DNA of 64,000 bases from Lama guanicoe. Lineage: Eukaryota. Of the stretch, positions 27,101-39,760 are shown piece after piece. Under the pieces are notes generated by a model. That model did not search any database and was not told the DNA's origin. It saw only the letters and a list, made by a program, of their open reading frames with translations. The stretch is from positions 2,882,123-2,946,122 of the forward strand of contig MU053557.1 of the NCBI GenBank assembly GCA_013239625.1, given 5' to 3'. The position numbers and the translations under genes are program-made. The stretch's first letter is position 1. The number at the start of each line of letters is the position of its first letter.

Positions 27101-28673
27101 AATGGGGGTTCCACTTTGACGGAATAAATCACTTAAATTTGATTTAAAAAGAGTTCAAGAAAGTTCCTGTTATGGTGGTGTTTTGTCAATATGAGGCAGG
27201 ATCTTTAGTTGATTCATAGGCAAAACAGCAACTGAACAGACCACATGTTTGGGTTCTCAAAGTTTAAGATGGGAGGAGAGGACAGAGGACCAATCAGAAA
27301 ACATTCAGGCAGCTTTCCATGTAAGTTTAAGTCTTTTGTGTTTGGAAAGCTCCCCCGGAGACATCTACCCCTGCTACCCCTTACCTCTCCGCAGTATATA
27401 TAGGAACATGCTAGTTTCTCTCTCCGAGGGAAGAAAGATTTTTCAATGAGCCATCTCCTTTAGCAACCAATGAAATTTTAAAGAAAATATCCAGTTGAAA
27501 AAAAATCGATGAAATATCAATGTCTATGGAAAATATATCATCATTCTCAATGCAAAGGTGATCCCAAATTTCTACTCCCTTTTCCTGGGGGTACTGATTA
27601 AAAATCACCTTATGTGTGAAATACAGTTTCTCTCATTTGATAGACACAGCCCCCAACCCCAGGCTCCTCCTGTGAGGACTAGACACAGGGGTGGGTTTTC
27701 AGAACAGACTGCTGACCAGCTCAGTCCGGACCTGAGGCAGAGTTGCCGTTCCTCACCATCCCCTGCCCTCTTCCCTCAAGGACCGCTTGTAGGACAACCC
27801 CTGAGGCTGACAAACAGCCAGCCAGTTGCTTTGCTTAAAATTGATCTTTTCCAAGGATGTGTCAGATCAAAAGAAACAGGCATATCACACATAGAAGATG
27901 CACAACCAGCTACTGATGGTAGAAATGCTGAAACCTGCAGTGCTTAGTTGAAGAATGTTTACAAGGCACACACACGTGCACACAGAAAGTCCCCGCACAC
28001 GGATGCACATCACGCTAGGTTAGAAGGCAGCAGAGGAGGCCCCGAAAGGACCAGAAACTGGGGAGCTGTTGGTACAAGATTCAGTTCATCCTCGCCTTAA
28101 GGCATCAACTTAGGACCCCCTACAAACCACATTTCCAGCAAGCACTGACTGTCAGCTGTTGTCTTCCAGCCCTGCACCCCAAGTACAGACTCTGAGCAGA
28201 CCAATTCAACACCCGACACTCCACAGTCATGTAGGAAGCTCATTCTATTTTGCTAATTGCTTTCTTGGGCATGCACCAAGTTATTAAAAGGACAATGACA
28301 AAACAGAGAGCTTGGCTAAATGTACGTAATGGCACCTACAGAAATGTTTTTGTCCTTAACATTAGTTCCAATTACTTGTTTGCATGTGAAAGAGAACAGA
28401 GGAAATTGGCAAAACATTTCCCAATTATTTTCTAATCAGCTGTATCAGCTGTGAGATCACCTTTGCAACATTATCTGGCTCTTGGGAAAATACTTTCCTT
28501 GTAGCAGACAGACTGATTTTAGAAGCAGATCTAAGTCTGTTAGATACAAGCTTTTGCCAGGCACGACAGTCAGCTAGTAGCTACAGAAGGCAGTATCAGC
28601 AGAGCCTGTGGGAAGTCATACACCAGCCCACTTTTTCCCACCCACCCAGACACTCTCCCTCTCTGATCTGTAC

Positions 28674-28752
28674 CTTCCGTGTGGCAGCTGGAAGAGAGGA
28701 TGGTATTCGGAGGTCTGAAGATGTAAGGCAGGTAACGAGAGAAGCATTTCAT
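28674..28752 (-). CDS. PPP2R2B: PPP2R2B alternative N-terminal coding exon of isoform Bbeta2 (mitochondrial targeting sequence)
   Basis: ATG at 28752 (context GAAG ATG A) reads MKCFSRYLPYIFRPPNTILSSSCHTE plus one G, then donor AAG|GTACAG at 28673. The peptide matches my recollection of the mammalian Bbeta2 N-terminus. The phase-1 end fits joining to the common ADIISTVEF exon, which is outside the window. Confidence 0.96.
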
Positions 28753-29100
28753 CTTCCAAAAAAAATGAAAAAAGAAAAAAAAATCTAAATAAAAAACCAG
28801 TCTCCTGAATCCATGAGGATTCTCTCGGCCTTTAAAGCTGGCTACATCACCAGTATGTGAAGGGAGGCTCTCTCCCAGATCTGCAAAGCTAGGGAACCCG
28901 AGGAATAACTGGAGATGGGTCCCATTTTGCCATCAGCGCCAGGAAGCAGTGCCTTACATTTCTGCATGCAGCTCAAACTCAGAAGCCCCCAAGCAAGCCG
29001 GGATATAGCCTCTTCATTGGCTGCAGCTCCTCCGAGCAGGATTTGCTGAGTAAGTCAGTCTTGCCTGTAAACACACGCTGAAATGCCCTGCCTGAAACCT
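28753..29100 (-). promoter_or_regulatory. PPP2R2B: Putative Bbeta2 5' UTR and proximal promoter
   Basis: Repeat-free DNA upstream of the ATG. It carries a CCAAT box in NF-Y context (AGCCAATGA, core 29016-29020 on minus), MARE/AP-1-like TGCTGAGTAA at 29044-29053 and a U-rich tract at 28758-28796. The TSS cannot be determined from sequence. Confidence 0.55.
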
Positions 29101-32100
29101 CTACCTTTTCCCGTGTGGTCAGTTTCTCTTTTAGCAACAGAAATACAGCAGGATATGGGAGTCGAGAGGATAAGTGACCATCTCTTATTTAGCTGAAAGA
29201 TCAGATGAAACAAAGACAGCATAGTGTTCCGCCCTGGAGAGAGACGGCTGTTAAAAGAAGCCACCCGTAATGCCATGGGTCTCAGGAATATTAAAGTACA
29301 GTGCAATGAAATGGGTCTCTGTCCTTGCTTCATCTCGATTTAGTCCCGTTTTTTCTCTTAATACGAAACCCAAACAATAGGACCATTTATCATTTAGGTG
29401 AAGCCGAAAGCTGGGTTGAGTCGTCGGTGACAGAGGGCTAACACAGACAGATTCTGTGCACTACCACGGCTGTGTTTCCCTGCCAGCACTCACACCCAGG
29501 CAATAACATGGTTCTGAGTTATTTGCTGTACAAATTTAAAGCCACAACACGAGAACAGAGGATAAACCCAGGGGAACTGGCCCTTCACCGACCTGTGTAC
29601 CCTGATGGCATATGAAAACATGGTACAAGGAAGTTGATCCAAGGATTATACAACTTTACCAAAACTCTCACTGAGATTGCAAATGAGACAGGGAGAAAGA
29701 GACGGAGAGGGAGAGAATATTAAAGGATACGGCCAATCGCCAAATACAAGTTAAAGTACTTTGGACTAGGGAGCTGGTTTGGTTTTGACCCATGAAATAG
29801 TAATAACTTTGGAAACCTTACCACAGGAAGGTAAGCACAAGACATCAGTTCAGGATTTATCATTTCTGTCAAAAACACGACTGTATCCTATTGTACATGA
29901 TAAAGAGAAAGAGGTGAATGTTTTTTGTGATATATTCAGAGGCACAAGGAAATGATTTAAATGGTAAAGGAAAACCAATATTCCCCTGAGTGAGATTTTT
30001 AAAAATAAGATTTAATATAAAAGTGTGGCCTTGAAATCTGATAGGATAATTTCTGAGCCTTGATGGACTCTCCTCTTTTTGAAAATACTTAACTTAGCAT
30101 GGGAACGATGTGTCAGCCTGCCCAGGTGAGCAAAGACTTAAGAGTCATAAAGTGACTGTAGTGTCAGTCCAGGCCGTGACGTAAACCCACTCTTCCACCA
30201 ACATGCTGTCTCTCTGACTTGAGGACCACTGCAACATGATGAAAATTTACTGGTGGGGACAGAACATTTGTCCTTCAATAATCATATACCCCATCACTTC
30301 CTTAAACCCAGAGACCCAGCAAGGTTGGACCATCCCAAGTATGATGCTGTTTAAACAATGTCTAAGTGGTCTAGATTGGTTGTGTGGATAATCTCAAACT
30401 CACAACAGAAGAGCAAATCCAGAAGTAACTTCCTGAGAGACAAAGAACACCTAACCCCAATCAGTATGAGTAAAAATGGAAGGAGTATGGGCTTTGGGGT
30501 CAATCTGACCCAAGTTGGAAGCCCAGGGCATTCACTTACTGGCTGGGGAGATGTGAACGCAACTTTAACACCTGTGGGCCTTAGTTTGTATATCTATAAA
30601 ATGGGAACAAGGTTTTCTTCGTGTATTCTTGAATGAAGGGAGGTAATAAGCACTTGATGTACCTGGCACATTATAGACACTTGATAAACTGTCACCGCGA
30701 AGGCTGTTCTTACTGTTGCTGTTAGACTTCTCTGAGCTTCTGTGGCCATATGCCAACTTCAGAGCAGCAAAAGGGCAGGTGTGGTTAAGAGGGTGGTACT
30801 ACAATTAAACAGCCAGGGTTTAAGCCTGCCTTTGATATTGATTTACTGTGTGACCTTGGGCAACTTAGCATCTCTAAGCCTCATTACAGATATAGTAAGG
30901 ATAATAAAAGGGTAATGATAGAACCTTACACGATATTGGGAGGGCAAAATAGGACGGCTCATATGAAGGGTTTAGCACAGTGCCTAGAATGAGTGTCTTA
31001 TCAGTTGAATTGCTACTGTCTCTAACAGTAGTATCAGCCCTTAATTACAGTATCTTCTATCTACTTACTTATCTTGTCTGAGCAATGAAACTGTAAACTT
31101 CCTGAGGGAGATATCAATGTCTAATTCATCTTTGTACCCCTAGTGCCTCGCCCAGTGCCTGGCACAAAGTAGGTACTCAATCAATATGAGTTCAGTGGGT
31201 AAGCAAATGAATGAGTGAATGAATCAACATATATGAGAGAAAGCTTCTGAAAGATGTTTTGTAATTATTTTTGGGGAGGTCCTTCAACAGCACAAATGAA
31301 GTGACCTAGAGTCCATCATAAAGCTGGAATGCACTATTCAAGCAAAGATATTATGGAATTCATGTATAGACGGGCTTCAACTTTGCGTATTTTAGTATTA
31401 GATAAACAGTAGGCACTTAGTAAATATCTTCTGAGTTAATGGTAGGCACTCAGCAATTTCTTCCTAGGTTAAAAAATACTCACAGATAATACTGCCCATA
31501 ATTACCCTCAAAGAACTAAATAAACAACAAAAACCTGCCTCCTCCATTAGAAACAAAAGAACAATGTAACTAGCACCCACGTTCCAAACAAGCCACTGCA
31601 AACCAGCCAGTACCTCTTTGCCATGACTGAAAATGTCTTCTCCAATCCCAATTAAAAATGATGATGGAGTGCCAGACGTATGGACCCTATCTACCCATAT
31701 GCAGGATGAGCGAAAGAACAAATCTGAAATCTCCTTGGACAGGTGATTCCAGTGCAGGTGGTTTGCACTGCACTACACAAATGGTTCAATTGCTTTCACA
31801 TTTATTTTTCTCTTTGATTCTCTGAACAACCCCATTTTACAGAAAACAGGCTGAGAGGATATAATAGTTTATCTGAAGACAAACAGCTCCCACAGAGGAG
31901 AGGCAGTGTTTTTGCCCCAGGATCACAAGTGGAGAATGCAGACTCCACAGCCCTCAAGCCTATGGATTCAGACTCCCTGGGGATAGCCAAGGAATCTGCA
32001 CAGTTAACAGTCCAAGTGATTCGTTCTTCACACGTGGAGAAGCTTTGGAGTCAGGTACTTCATTTCATGCTTTGGCTTGAAGGGTCAGGATAACAGAAAG

Positions 32101-32358
32101 TTTTTCTAACACTCTTGTCTTAAATCACTTGTCTTATTTTTGTCCAATAATTTGTTGCTACCTCGCATTGTTACATCAAGTGTTAGGCTGAGTGATGGGA
32201 ATTCAGGCTATAAGATACCATCCCTAATCTAATGGAGCGCATTTTTCAGAAAAAAAAAAAGGACTAATAAACAGTTATAATACAGTGTTATACGAGTGAC
32301 AGCAGGAAGAGGTTCTGAAAAGATTTTTTGGGATTATAGAGCCTCCAAAGGTCAATGT

Positions 32359-32569
32359 ATTTGCAGATACTATTATATATAAAATAAACAGCAAGGACCT
32401 ACTGTATAGCTCAGGGAACGATATTCAATTTCTTGTAATGAGCCGTAGGGAAAAGAAACTGAAAATATATACATGTATGTATGTATAACTGAATCACTTA
32501 GCTATATACCTGAAACTAATATTGTAAATCGACTACACTTCAACAAAGAATAAGAATTTAAAAAAAAAA
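32359..32569 (+). mobile_element. L1 3' UTR fragment with A tail
   Basis: aaacagcaaggacctactgtatagctcagggaac...gtaaatcgactacacttcaa followed by an A run. Confidence 0.8.
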
Positions 32570-33511
32570 TCCATGCTTTCACATTAGGTGTTGTTTACAA
32601 AAAATCCCTGTAAAAAGGCAATTACCTTACTGAAGGCATAGCAAGTGAACAGTTAGCAGTCATTAAGTCCGTAAGTGGAACTAGACTCTGATATACCCAA
32701 TGTCATCACAGATAAGAACAGGGCTACCAGGAGAGGATGAGATCTGTATGAGGATGGGGGAGGCTCTAAGGCAATGGCCCAGGTGCCTGGAGGGAGGGCC
32801 CAAGGGCAGAAAGAGGTCTCTGAAGGGGAACTAGAAGCCTAGGAGGAGGGAAAGATAAAGGTGACCCATTTTAGGTGCCATGTGAGAAGGGCCGGGAGTC
32901 TGGCCCAGAGACAAGAAAGGCCCCAGATGACTTCCACCTGCCAGGTTCTGACATCCAACAGCAAAAAAACTAATTCACTGGGAGACTGTTGAGTGCTGCA
33001 CTCTGGACCAGCTGCCCCAAGCTTTTCTTTAGACTGACCTCCTGGGAGATCAGAAGCCATCACTTTCGTCCTGCCAAGTCCCAGCTGGAGCCCTTGCCTT
33101 GGGGCCAATGGACTCAGGCCTCCCAGCAGCCCGTTCCCACTGGTGCCATTTCTGCTGCTGTCTCTCGTGGAAGCCCAACTCTCGTGGGAAGCCCACCCTG
33201 ACCATTCTCTTTCAGCATGTTTTTACAGCCTCCTTTGGGGAAGTTTCATCATTGCACTCTATCATTTTGCTAAAAAGAAAACTAAACCCTGGGGTGTGGC
33301 GGGGGGAAATTCATTTATTTAAGATCAGTCAGACTGAGCCTGCCTAGACTTTTACCCTCAAGTCAAAGCAGAGCAAATTCTTATGCATTTTTCAAGTCTT
33401 AAATAAAACGTCACATCAGCAAAGAAAGGTTTCTTAAAGCCTCAGACAGGATCAAATCCTCCTGCTACAGACTCTCCAATAACATCCTCCTCTTTTAAAA
33501 CACTCATTCAT

Positions 33512-33600
33512 TATTTTTTTTAATGGAGGTACTGGGGATTGAACCTAGGACCTTGTGCATGCTAAGTATGTGCTCTACCACTGAGCTAGACCCACCCCTC
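33512..33600 (-). mobile_element. Short tRNA-derived SINE (camelid-type)
   Basis: Minus strand reads tagctcagtggtagagc...ggttcaatccccagtacctccatt plus A tail. TSD cactcattcat/cattcattcat (33501-33511, 33601-33611). Confidence 0.88.
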
Positions 33601-34297
33601 CATTCATTCATCTTTCATCATATTTGTTGAGCATCTACTTCTGCCAAGCACTGTACACGATGCTAAGGAATCAACAGTAAACAAGAGAAATAAGATATCT
33701 GCCTTTTTCTTCAAGGTATAATCATCACTCCTAACACGTAAGTCTGTGCTGAGGATTAAATGAGGTAACTCATGAAAGTGCTTAGAATTCTATGTGGCAC
33801 AAAGTAAGTGCTATTCAATTACTTTGATAACTGTTGTTAAGTGTCTAACTCTCTTGCCAGGCGCTAAGTGGCAGGAGGGCAGGACTCTGACTTTTCTCTG
33901 CTGAATCCTGAGGGTGAATTTCATGCCTGCTGCATAATAGGAATTTGGTAAATATGTGCCGGATTGAATGGAGTCAAACCAAAAAAGAGAATTCTGACCT
34001 AATTTCCATCACCCTCCCCACACTCTCCAGTCTGTGTGTGAAACTGACAACGTGGTATAATCTGATCTGGAAGGAAGAGGAACCTCTTTTTGGTTAGTTC
34101 ACTCACACATTCACACAATGTAATATTTTTAGCAGCTATTAAATACTAGGCATGCGTCTAGATGTTACTGGAGATACTGCAGTAAATAATATATTGAGGT
34201 TTAGCTCATTGAGTTTATATTTTAGAAGAAGGAGAGAGACAATAAACAAGTAAACATTGTATCAACAAGGTTATTTCAGATGGTGAAAAGTAGAATA

Positions 34298-35099
34298 ATG
34301 ATCCAGCAATTCTAGGTATTTATCCAAAGAAAATGAAACCACTAATTCAAAAAGACATCCGCACCCCCATGTTTACCACAGCATTATTTATAATAGCCAA
34401 CCTATGGAAACAACCTAAGTGTCCATCGATGGATGAATGGGTAAATAAAAGGGGTGTGTGTGTGTGTGTGTATGTGTGTACACACAGGGGAATATTATTC
34501 ATCTATAAAAACAAGGCAATCTTGTCATTTGTGACTACATGGATGGAATTTGAGGGCATTATGCCAAGTGAAATAAGTCGGAGAAAGTCAAATACCATAG
34601 GAACTCACTCACAGGTGAAATCTAAAACAAACTAATGAAAAAAACACACCCCAAGCTCACAGACACAGAGAACAGATTGGTGGGTGCCAGAGGCAGAGGG
34701 TGGGGAGTAGGCAAATTGGATGAAGCGGGTTAAAGGGTACAACTTTCCAGTTATAAAATACATAAGTCATGAAGATGTAATGTAATATGACTGAAACATT
34801 ATGCTGTACACCAGAAATTGACACATTGTAAACTGACTATACTTTAATGTAAAAAAAAATGTAATGTAAAGCATGGTGAATATAGTTAATAAGACTGTAC
34901 TGTATATTTTAAAGTTGCTCAGAGAGTAGATCTCGAAAGTTCTGATCATAAGAAAAAATACTGTCACTAGGTATGGTGACAGATGTTAACTGGATTTACT
35001 GAGGTGATCATTTTGCAATATATAAAAACAGAATTATTATATTGTACACTTGAAACTAATATAATGTTTTTATGTCAATTACACTTCATTTTTTTAAAA
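34298..35099 (+). mobile_element. L1MA-like 3' end containing a nested 73-bp younger L1 tail
   Basis: Translates as TPMFTTALFIIANLWKQPKCPSMDEW. Nested insert 34786-34858 is flanked by atgtaatgtaa (34775-34785, 34859-34869). Confidence 0.88.
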
Positions 35100-37693
35100 G
35101 GAGACTGAAGAAAATAAAATGGAGGATGTGGTAGAAAGTGGCTGCTTTGCTTGGATGGTCAGGGAAGGCTTCTCTGAGGAGGTGACATTTCACCTAAGGC
35201 CTGAAAGACAAGTTGCTGGCCAAGAAATGGTATTGCTCCTCTCATCTACCCACTGTAGCCTGCAATTTACCTTCAGAGCAATTTCCTTTTCTAATTTAAT
35301 GATGTAAACTATCTGATTATTTTAAAGTGGTAATTTATTTAGTGTTTGATTCACTGCGATACTATCACTTCGGTGGGGGCACAGGTTGGTATCCCCAGAC
35401 CCAGCTGAGAAGTCAGGGGAGACCGGATCCATATTTGTGATTGGCAGTCTGGACCAGTTGCTCAGCCAGCTCTCTTGGCATATGACTAAAGCCAAGCAGA
35501 CACAGGTAAGACTAAAGAGGACTTTGAAGATGGAGGACAGGCTCAATTCAGAGCAGATGCTACCATGTAGCAAAGAAAGAAACAAAAATCCAGTCAGTTA
35601 CAACAGAAGATTTTGGCTCTCATTGAAAAGACCACAGAATGAAAAGCATAACACAGCCAAGTACGATTCCCACCAAATGTTATATACTAATTCTCACTTA
35701 GTACCTACAAAAAGGAGACAAATAACTCTCCTGATTTATTATGAGATATCAGAGCAAGTAGCTTATATATATATATATTATATATATATATATATAATTC
35801 TAAGCCACAGAAATATGACTTGATTTTAACAGATGATGTTAAGAATCGTAATCACCACCACCATCAAATCTGAGTTCTCACTAGGTCCAGCCACTCTTCT
35901 AACCACATTACCTAGATCTTATTTAATCCTCTTTAAAAACTTGGAATAAAGTAAATGTTATTATTTTATCTGTTTATACATGAGGAAATTTGCACAGAGA
36001 TGTTAAGTAACTTGCTAAAAGCAAGCACAGGGAGGAGCTAAGATTCCAGTGCTAATTTTTCACTCCTACCCCCTCACCGTCTAGATGCTATGCTGCTTCC
36101 TGGGCTGCATGATCTTGATAATCTCTCCCATGTAGTGTAATGTAGAACAGCTCCTCTAGGATGAGACTAAACTTCTGTGTCTACTTATTCTGAATTTGTG
36201 ATCAGGGTCAGTCAGGTTTACTTCTGACCCATTTGAAAGGAAGAATTTGCTAATGGTCATGTGGGGGAAATCTAACGAAATCCACACACCTACCCATCAA
36301 TGCCCCCAGAGAGTCAATACATGTTGAAGGTTTGCTTTTTCTAAGGCACGATGCCAAAGACGGTGGGAGTAGGAGGCACAGAGGGTAAAGGTGAGTATGG
36401 AGGTAAGAAATAAAGAAATAAATGAAAAATATAAATATATTAAAAATTACAGAAAGGCCATAAGAGAGTAACAGATACAGTGCAGAGTAGGAATCTCTCA
36501 CACCTAACCAGGACATGGGATCAGCTTCCAAGAAGACTTCCTGGAGGTGGTGGCATTTTAGACAGACTTTGAAGGACAGGGAGAATTTAAATCTGTGGAG
36601 ATGTGAGTGAGAAAACATTCTGATAGGAAGTAATAACTGGAGCAATAGTATGAAAGTAAGGAAATTCTAGAATTACTTTGGGGGATGAATAGTGAGTACT
36701 TCTATTTATTTGTCAGTCTATTATAAGACATTTCTTAATGCTACTTTATAAACATGAAAATAACATTATGTTAAACATTTTTAAAGATATAGTGACTCAT
36801 AACTCAAATTCACTGTTTCCCCTATTTACTCCAGATTAATGGAATTATAAAATATGTTTTAAATATATAAAACAGATTCCATTCTATGTTAAGGCTATGC
36901 ACTAATTAGCTCCATTTGGAAACAGTGGACTTCAACCTCCTTTGTCCAATCTGGGCAAAGAACAACCCAATTATTCTGTCTATAAAATGTCTCAAAGCCT
37001 TTTAAGGAGGAACATTCCAAAGTAAATCCAGAATGCATTTCCAGTTCCTCAAAAGGAACTGCTCATTTGCTTTCCACCTGCACAGCTCTGGGTTTTAATT
37101 AAACCATGAACAGTATGAAAAGAAATCCATATGCAAAGATAAGAATGTATTTCTGAAGGATTTCTCTAACCCCGATATCCAATCTGGTCTTATTTCCCAG
37201 GGCTAGGCAGCACTATTTCCTGTTGGACGGATGAGAATGTTAGACAACTTTAAGGCAACCCAGCACATGAATCCAGGCAGTGAGATCTTAGTTTTCCGAC
37301 CCTGTGGCCACCCTTTATAGATACAAGAAAAGACATTCGAGTGATCAGGTTTAATGCCTTCTCTGGAAAACACATTTAACCCAAGTTTTCCTTTGACTCT
37401 GAGAGGCCATAACTGTAAATCTTTCAGGAGGCGGCAGGGGAAGGGTTCTACCTGTGGCGTTTGGGGTACAGAGCAAGACAGGATCATTCAGCGAAGACGT
37501 CCCCCTGGGAGTCCGCCCTGCGCACACAGTGCACAGCCTGCAGAAACGTTCTGTTTGGCCGGCAGAGTATTTTATGTTCTCATTCAAACTACATGCCTTT
37601 AAACAGGTGGTGCACTCACCGATCTCTCTACACTTGGAGAGATTTCCACACTACTGTTCATCTCTGTTTCTGTCTATGAGCTTTGCTACACAG

Positions 37694-37943
37694 CAGGGTT
37701 TCTCAACATCAGCACTGTTGACATTTGGGGCTGGATAACTCTTTGGTGGTGGTGGGAGTGGGGCTGGGGTGGTGGGGCTGTTCTGTCCTGTGCATTGTAG
37801 GATGTTAAGCAGCATCCCTGGCCTCCATACACTAGATGCCAGTAGCAAGCCCTCCCCACCTCAGCGGTGATAATAAAATGTCTCCAGACATTGCTGAATA
37901 TCCCCTGGAGGGCAACCCCCCTGCCCAACAGGGAGAATCACTG
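37694..37943 (+). mobile_element. MER20 hAT-Charlie DNA transposon
   Basis: cagggtttctcaac...gacatttggggctggata...gcagcatccctggcctc...gagaatcactg, with 8-bp TSD ctacacag/cttcacag. Confidence 0.9.
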
Positions 37944-38389
37944 CTTCACAGTAATATGCCTCGACCAGGGCTGGGGTAATGATCACATTAATCATATATA
38001 AGGCAAGATCACGTGGGCAAGTAATACTCTGACTAGAAGAGACGAGAACTGGGTTCTGACTACATCTTCATGTCTCAGTGTCCTCACCTCATTCTCCCAC
38101 AGATCTGGTGTGTAAATCCCATGAAACAATATACGTAAAAGTGTTTTGACAATTTAACAATATAATGCTGTCGCCATTTGGTCTAACCTGGGTCTTTAGG
38201 CAGCCACTGATACTGACACATTGAAAAACGGCAGCTCTATTCTGCAGTAAATTATTTAAGTTTGAAGGAATTCTGGCCACCAATTTTACTGACAGGGAGT
38301 AGGACTGGTAGTAAGAAACATCACTCTTGTCACTAGAATGAATTTTCTGAGAGTTTTGTCTACTGGTCTTTACTGATTGGAAAGCTGGT

Positions 38390-39760
38390 GTTCATTCATT
38401 CATGTGTGCGTGTATTTGATAGTATGTTTATTCATTCATGTGCACATGTATTCAACATGTGCCAGCATGTGCCAGGCACTGTGCTGGGCACTGGGGTTGC
38501 TTATACACCTTACAGTTGTAGCAGACACATTGATATGGCCCTGCCTTCACGGAGACTATGATCTAGTGGAGGAGAGTACGCAAGGAGCAAGGCAATGATA
38601 ATGCAAGTGTTATGATCGATAACATCCAGGACCTCTTAGAAGGGCAGTGAGGCTGAGAGTTCAGGCTAAGGGAAGGCTTACTAGGAAAAGTGAAACCAAA
38701 GCTGAGATGTGAGTGATGAGTAGGGGTTTGCCAGGGACAGACAGGGTGAACAATATTTTTGGCAAAGAAAATAACGTGTGTGTCATGCTGGAGGCGAGGG
38801 AATCAGGTATACAGGGGACATGAAGGAAAACAGGGAGTGAGGCTAGAAGTATCCTAAGAACAATGGAGCCCAGGGAAGGTTTTAGGAGGGAAGTGACATG
38901 CGTGCCCACGAGAAGCACTACGGGAGGTGTTACCCCAAAAGGTAAAGACCCCAGTTCCTGTCATACCCAAAAGATAAGTTTGCAGTTGGGAGACGGTACA
39001 TTGTGTAGTGGAAGATTTTTAAAGATTTATTTAGAAAAGAAAAAGTACACCTCTAAGAACAGGAGGCAGACTGATCCGAGGGAGGAAAAGTGGTGGTTTC
39101 TATCTCCCCTTTCTCTTACACCCTCCCTTAGAGGTGGTCTCTTGATTGATTGACGGCTCTTGTCCCTGAAATGCTTAGTCATGTTTAATCCCTTTGCGCA
39201 TGTCCTCACCCATGGTGTGTACAGAAAAACCTATGGAGGTGGTGCTAAACTTTAGTGTTAATTATAATACAATGAGCATTGGGTGGTGCCTGGTTAAGTC
39301 CTTTCGGCTACTGGGAAGTCGTGGCTGCCGGGTTCTAACCAGTTTCTTGCTGGCACTCATTTAGAAGTAAAGCCCCTTTATGCTGGAGGTGGGCACTACT
39401 CCACCTTCTGGGCCACCCTCCCTCCCCTCCACCCGTTTGCCCAGTGCCCCCACTTATCTAACTACCTAACAGAGGCATAGGGTGAAAAACAGACTGGAGG
39501 TGGCTAAGAAGGAGGCTACAGAAAAACCAAGGAGGCTGCTTCCATATCTAGGGAAGAGAAGATGGTAGCCAGAGGAGGAGAGTGACAATGGGGTTGGAAA
39601 GAGGTCAAAGGATCCCAGAGATTATATTTGAGATATTTAGGGGGAAGAGTGATGTAGGGCTGAGAACAGATGAGCATGTGCGTTGAGGGAAGTAAAGAAG
39701 GCAGAGTCAAGGATGACTCTAAGGTGTGTGGGTGGGCTTTGGAGGAAGTAAGTGGAGTTG
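38390..39760 (-). mobile_element. L2 element split by a solo LTR
   Basis: Antisense L2 3' end ttcattcattca...tgtgccaggcactgtgctgggcactgggg. L2 motifs resume after 39475 (gagtcaaggatgactctaagg). Confidence 0.7.
38928..39471 (-). mobile_element. ERV1-class solo LTR (544 bp)
   Basis: TGTTA...TAACA termini, 4-bp TSD gagg (38924-38927, 39472-39475), minus-strand AATAAA at 39026-39031 about 100 bp from the end, and TATAA-like element near 39261-39266. Confidence 0.85.

Noticed and set aside
27751..27940. Possible cassette exon about 0.8 kb downstream of the Bbeta2 exon (CTGCAG acceptor, ATG|GTGAGG donor)
   Set aside because: Weak pyrimidine tract and no coding support; such motif pairs are common by chance.
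28570..28673. Continuation of the MKCFSRY ORF (GTDQRGRV...)
   Set aside because: Read-through past the splice donor into intron; only 28674-28752 is supported as coding.
33520..33600. tRNA-like sequence (also 7860-7940)
   Set aside because: A tail and TSD identify these as SINEs, not tRNA genes.
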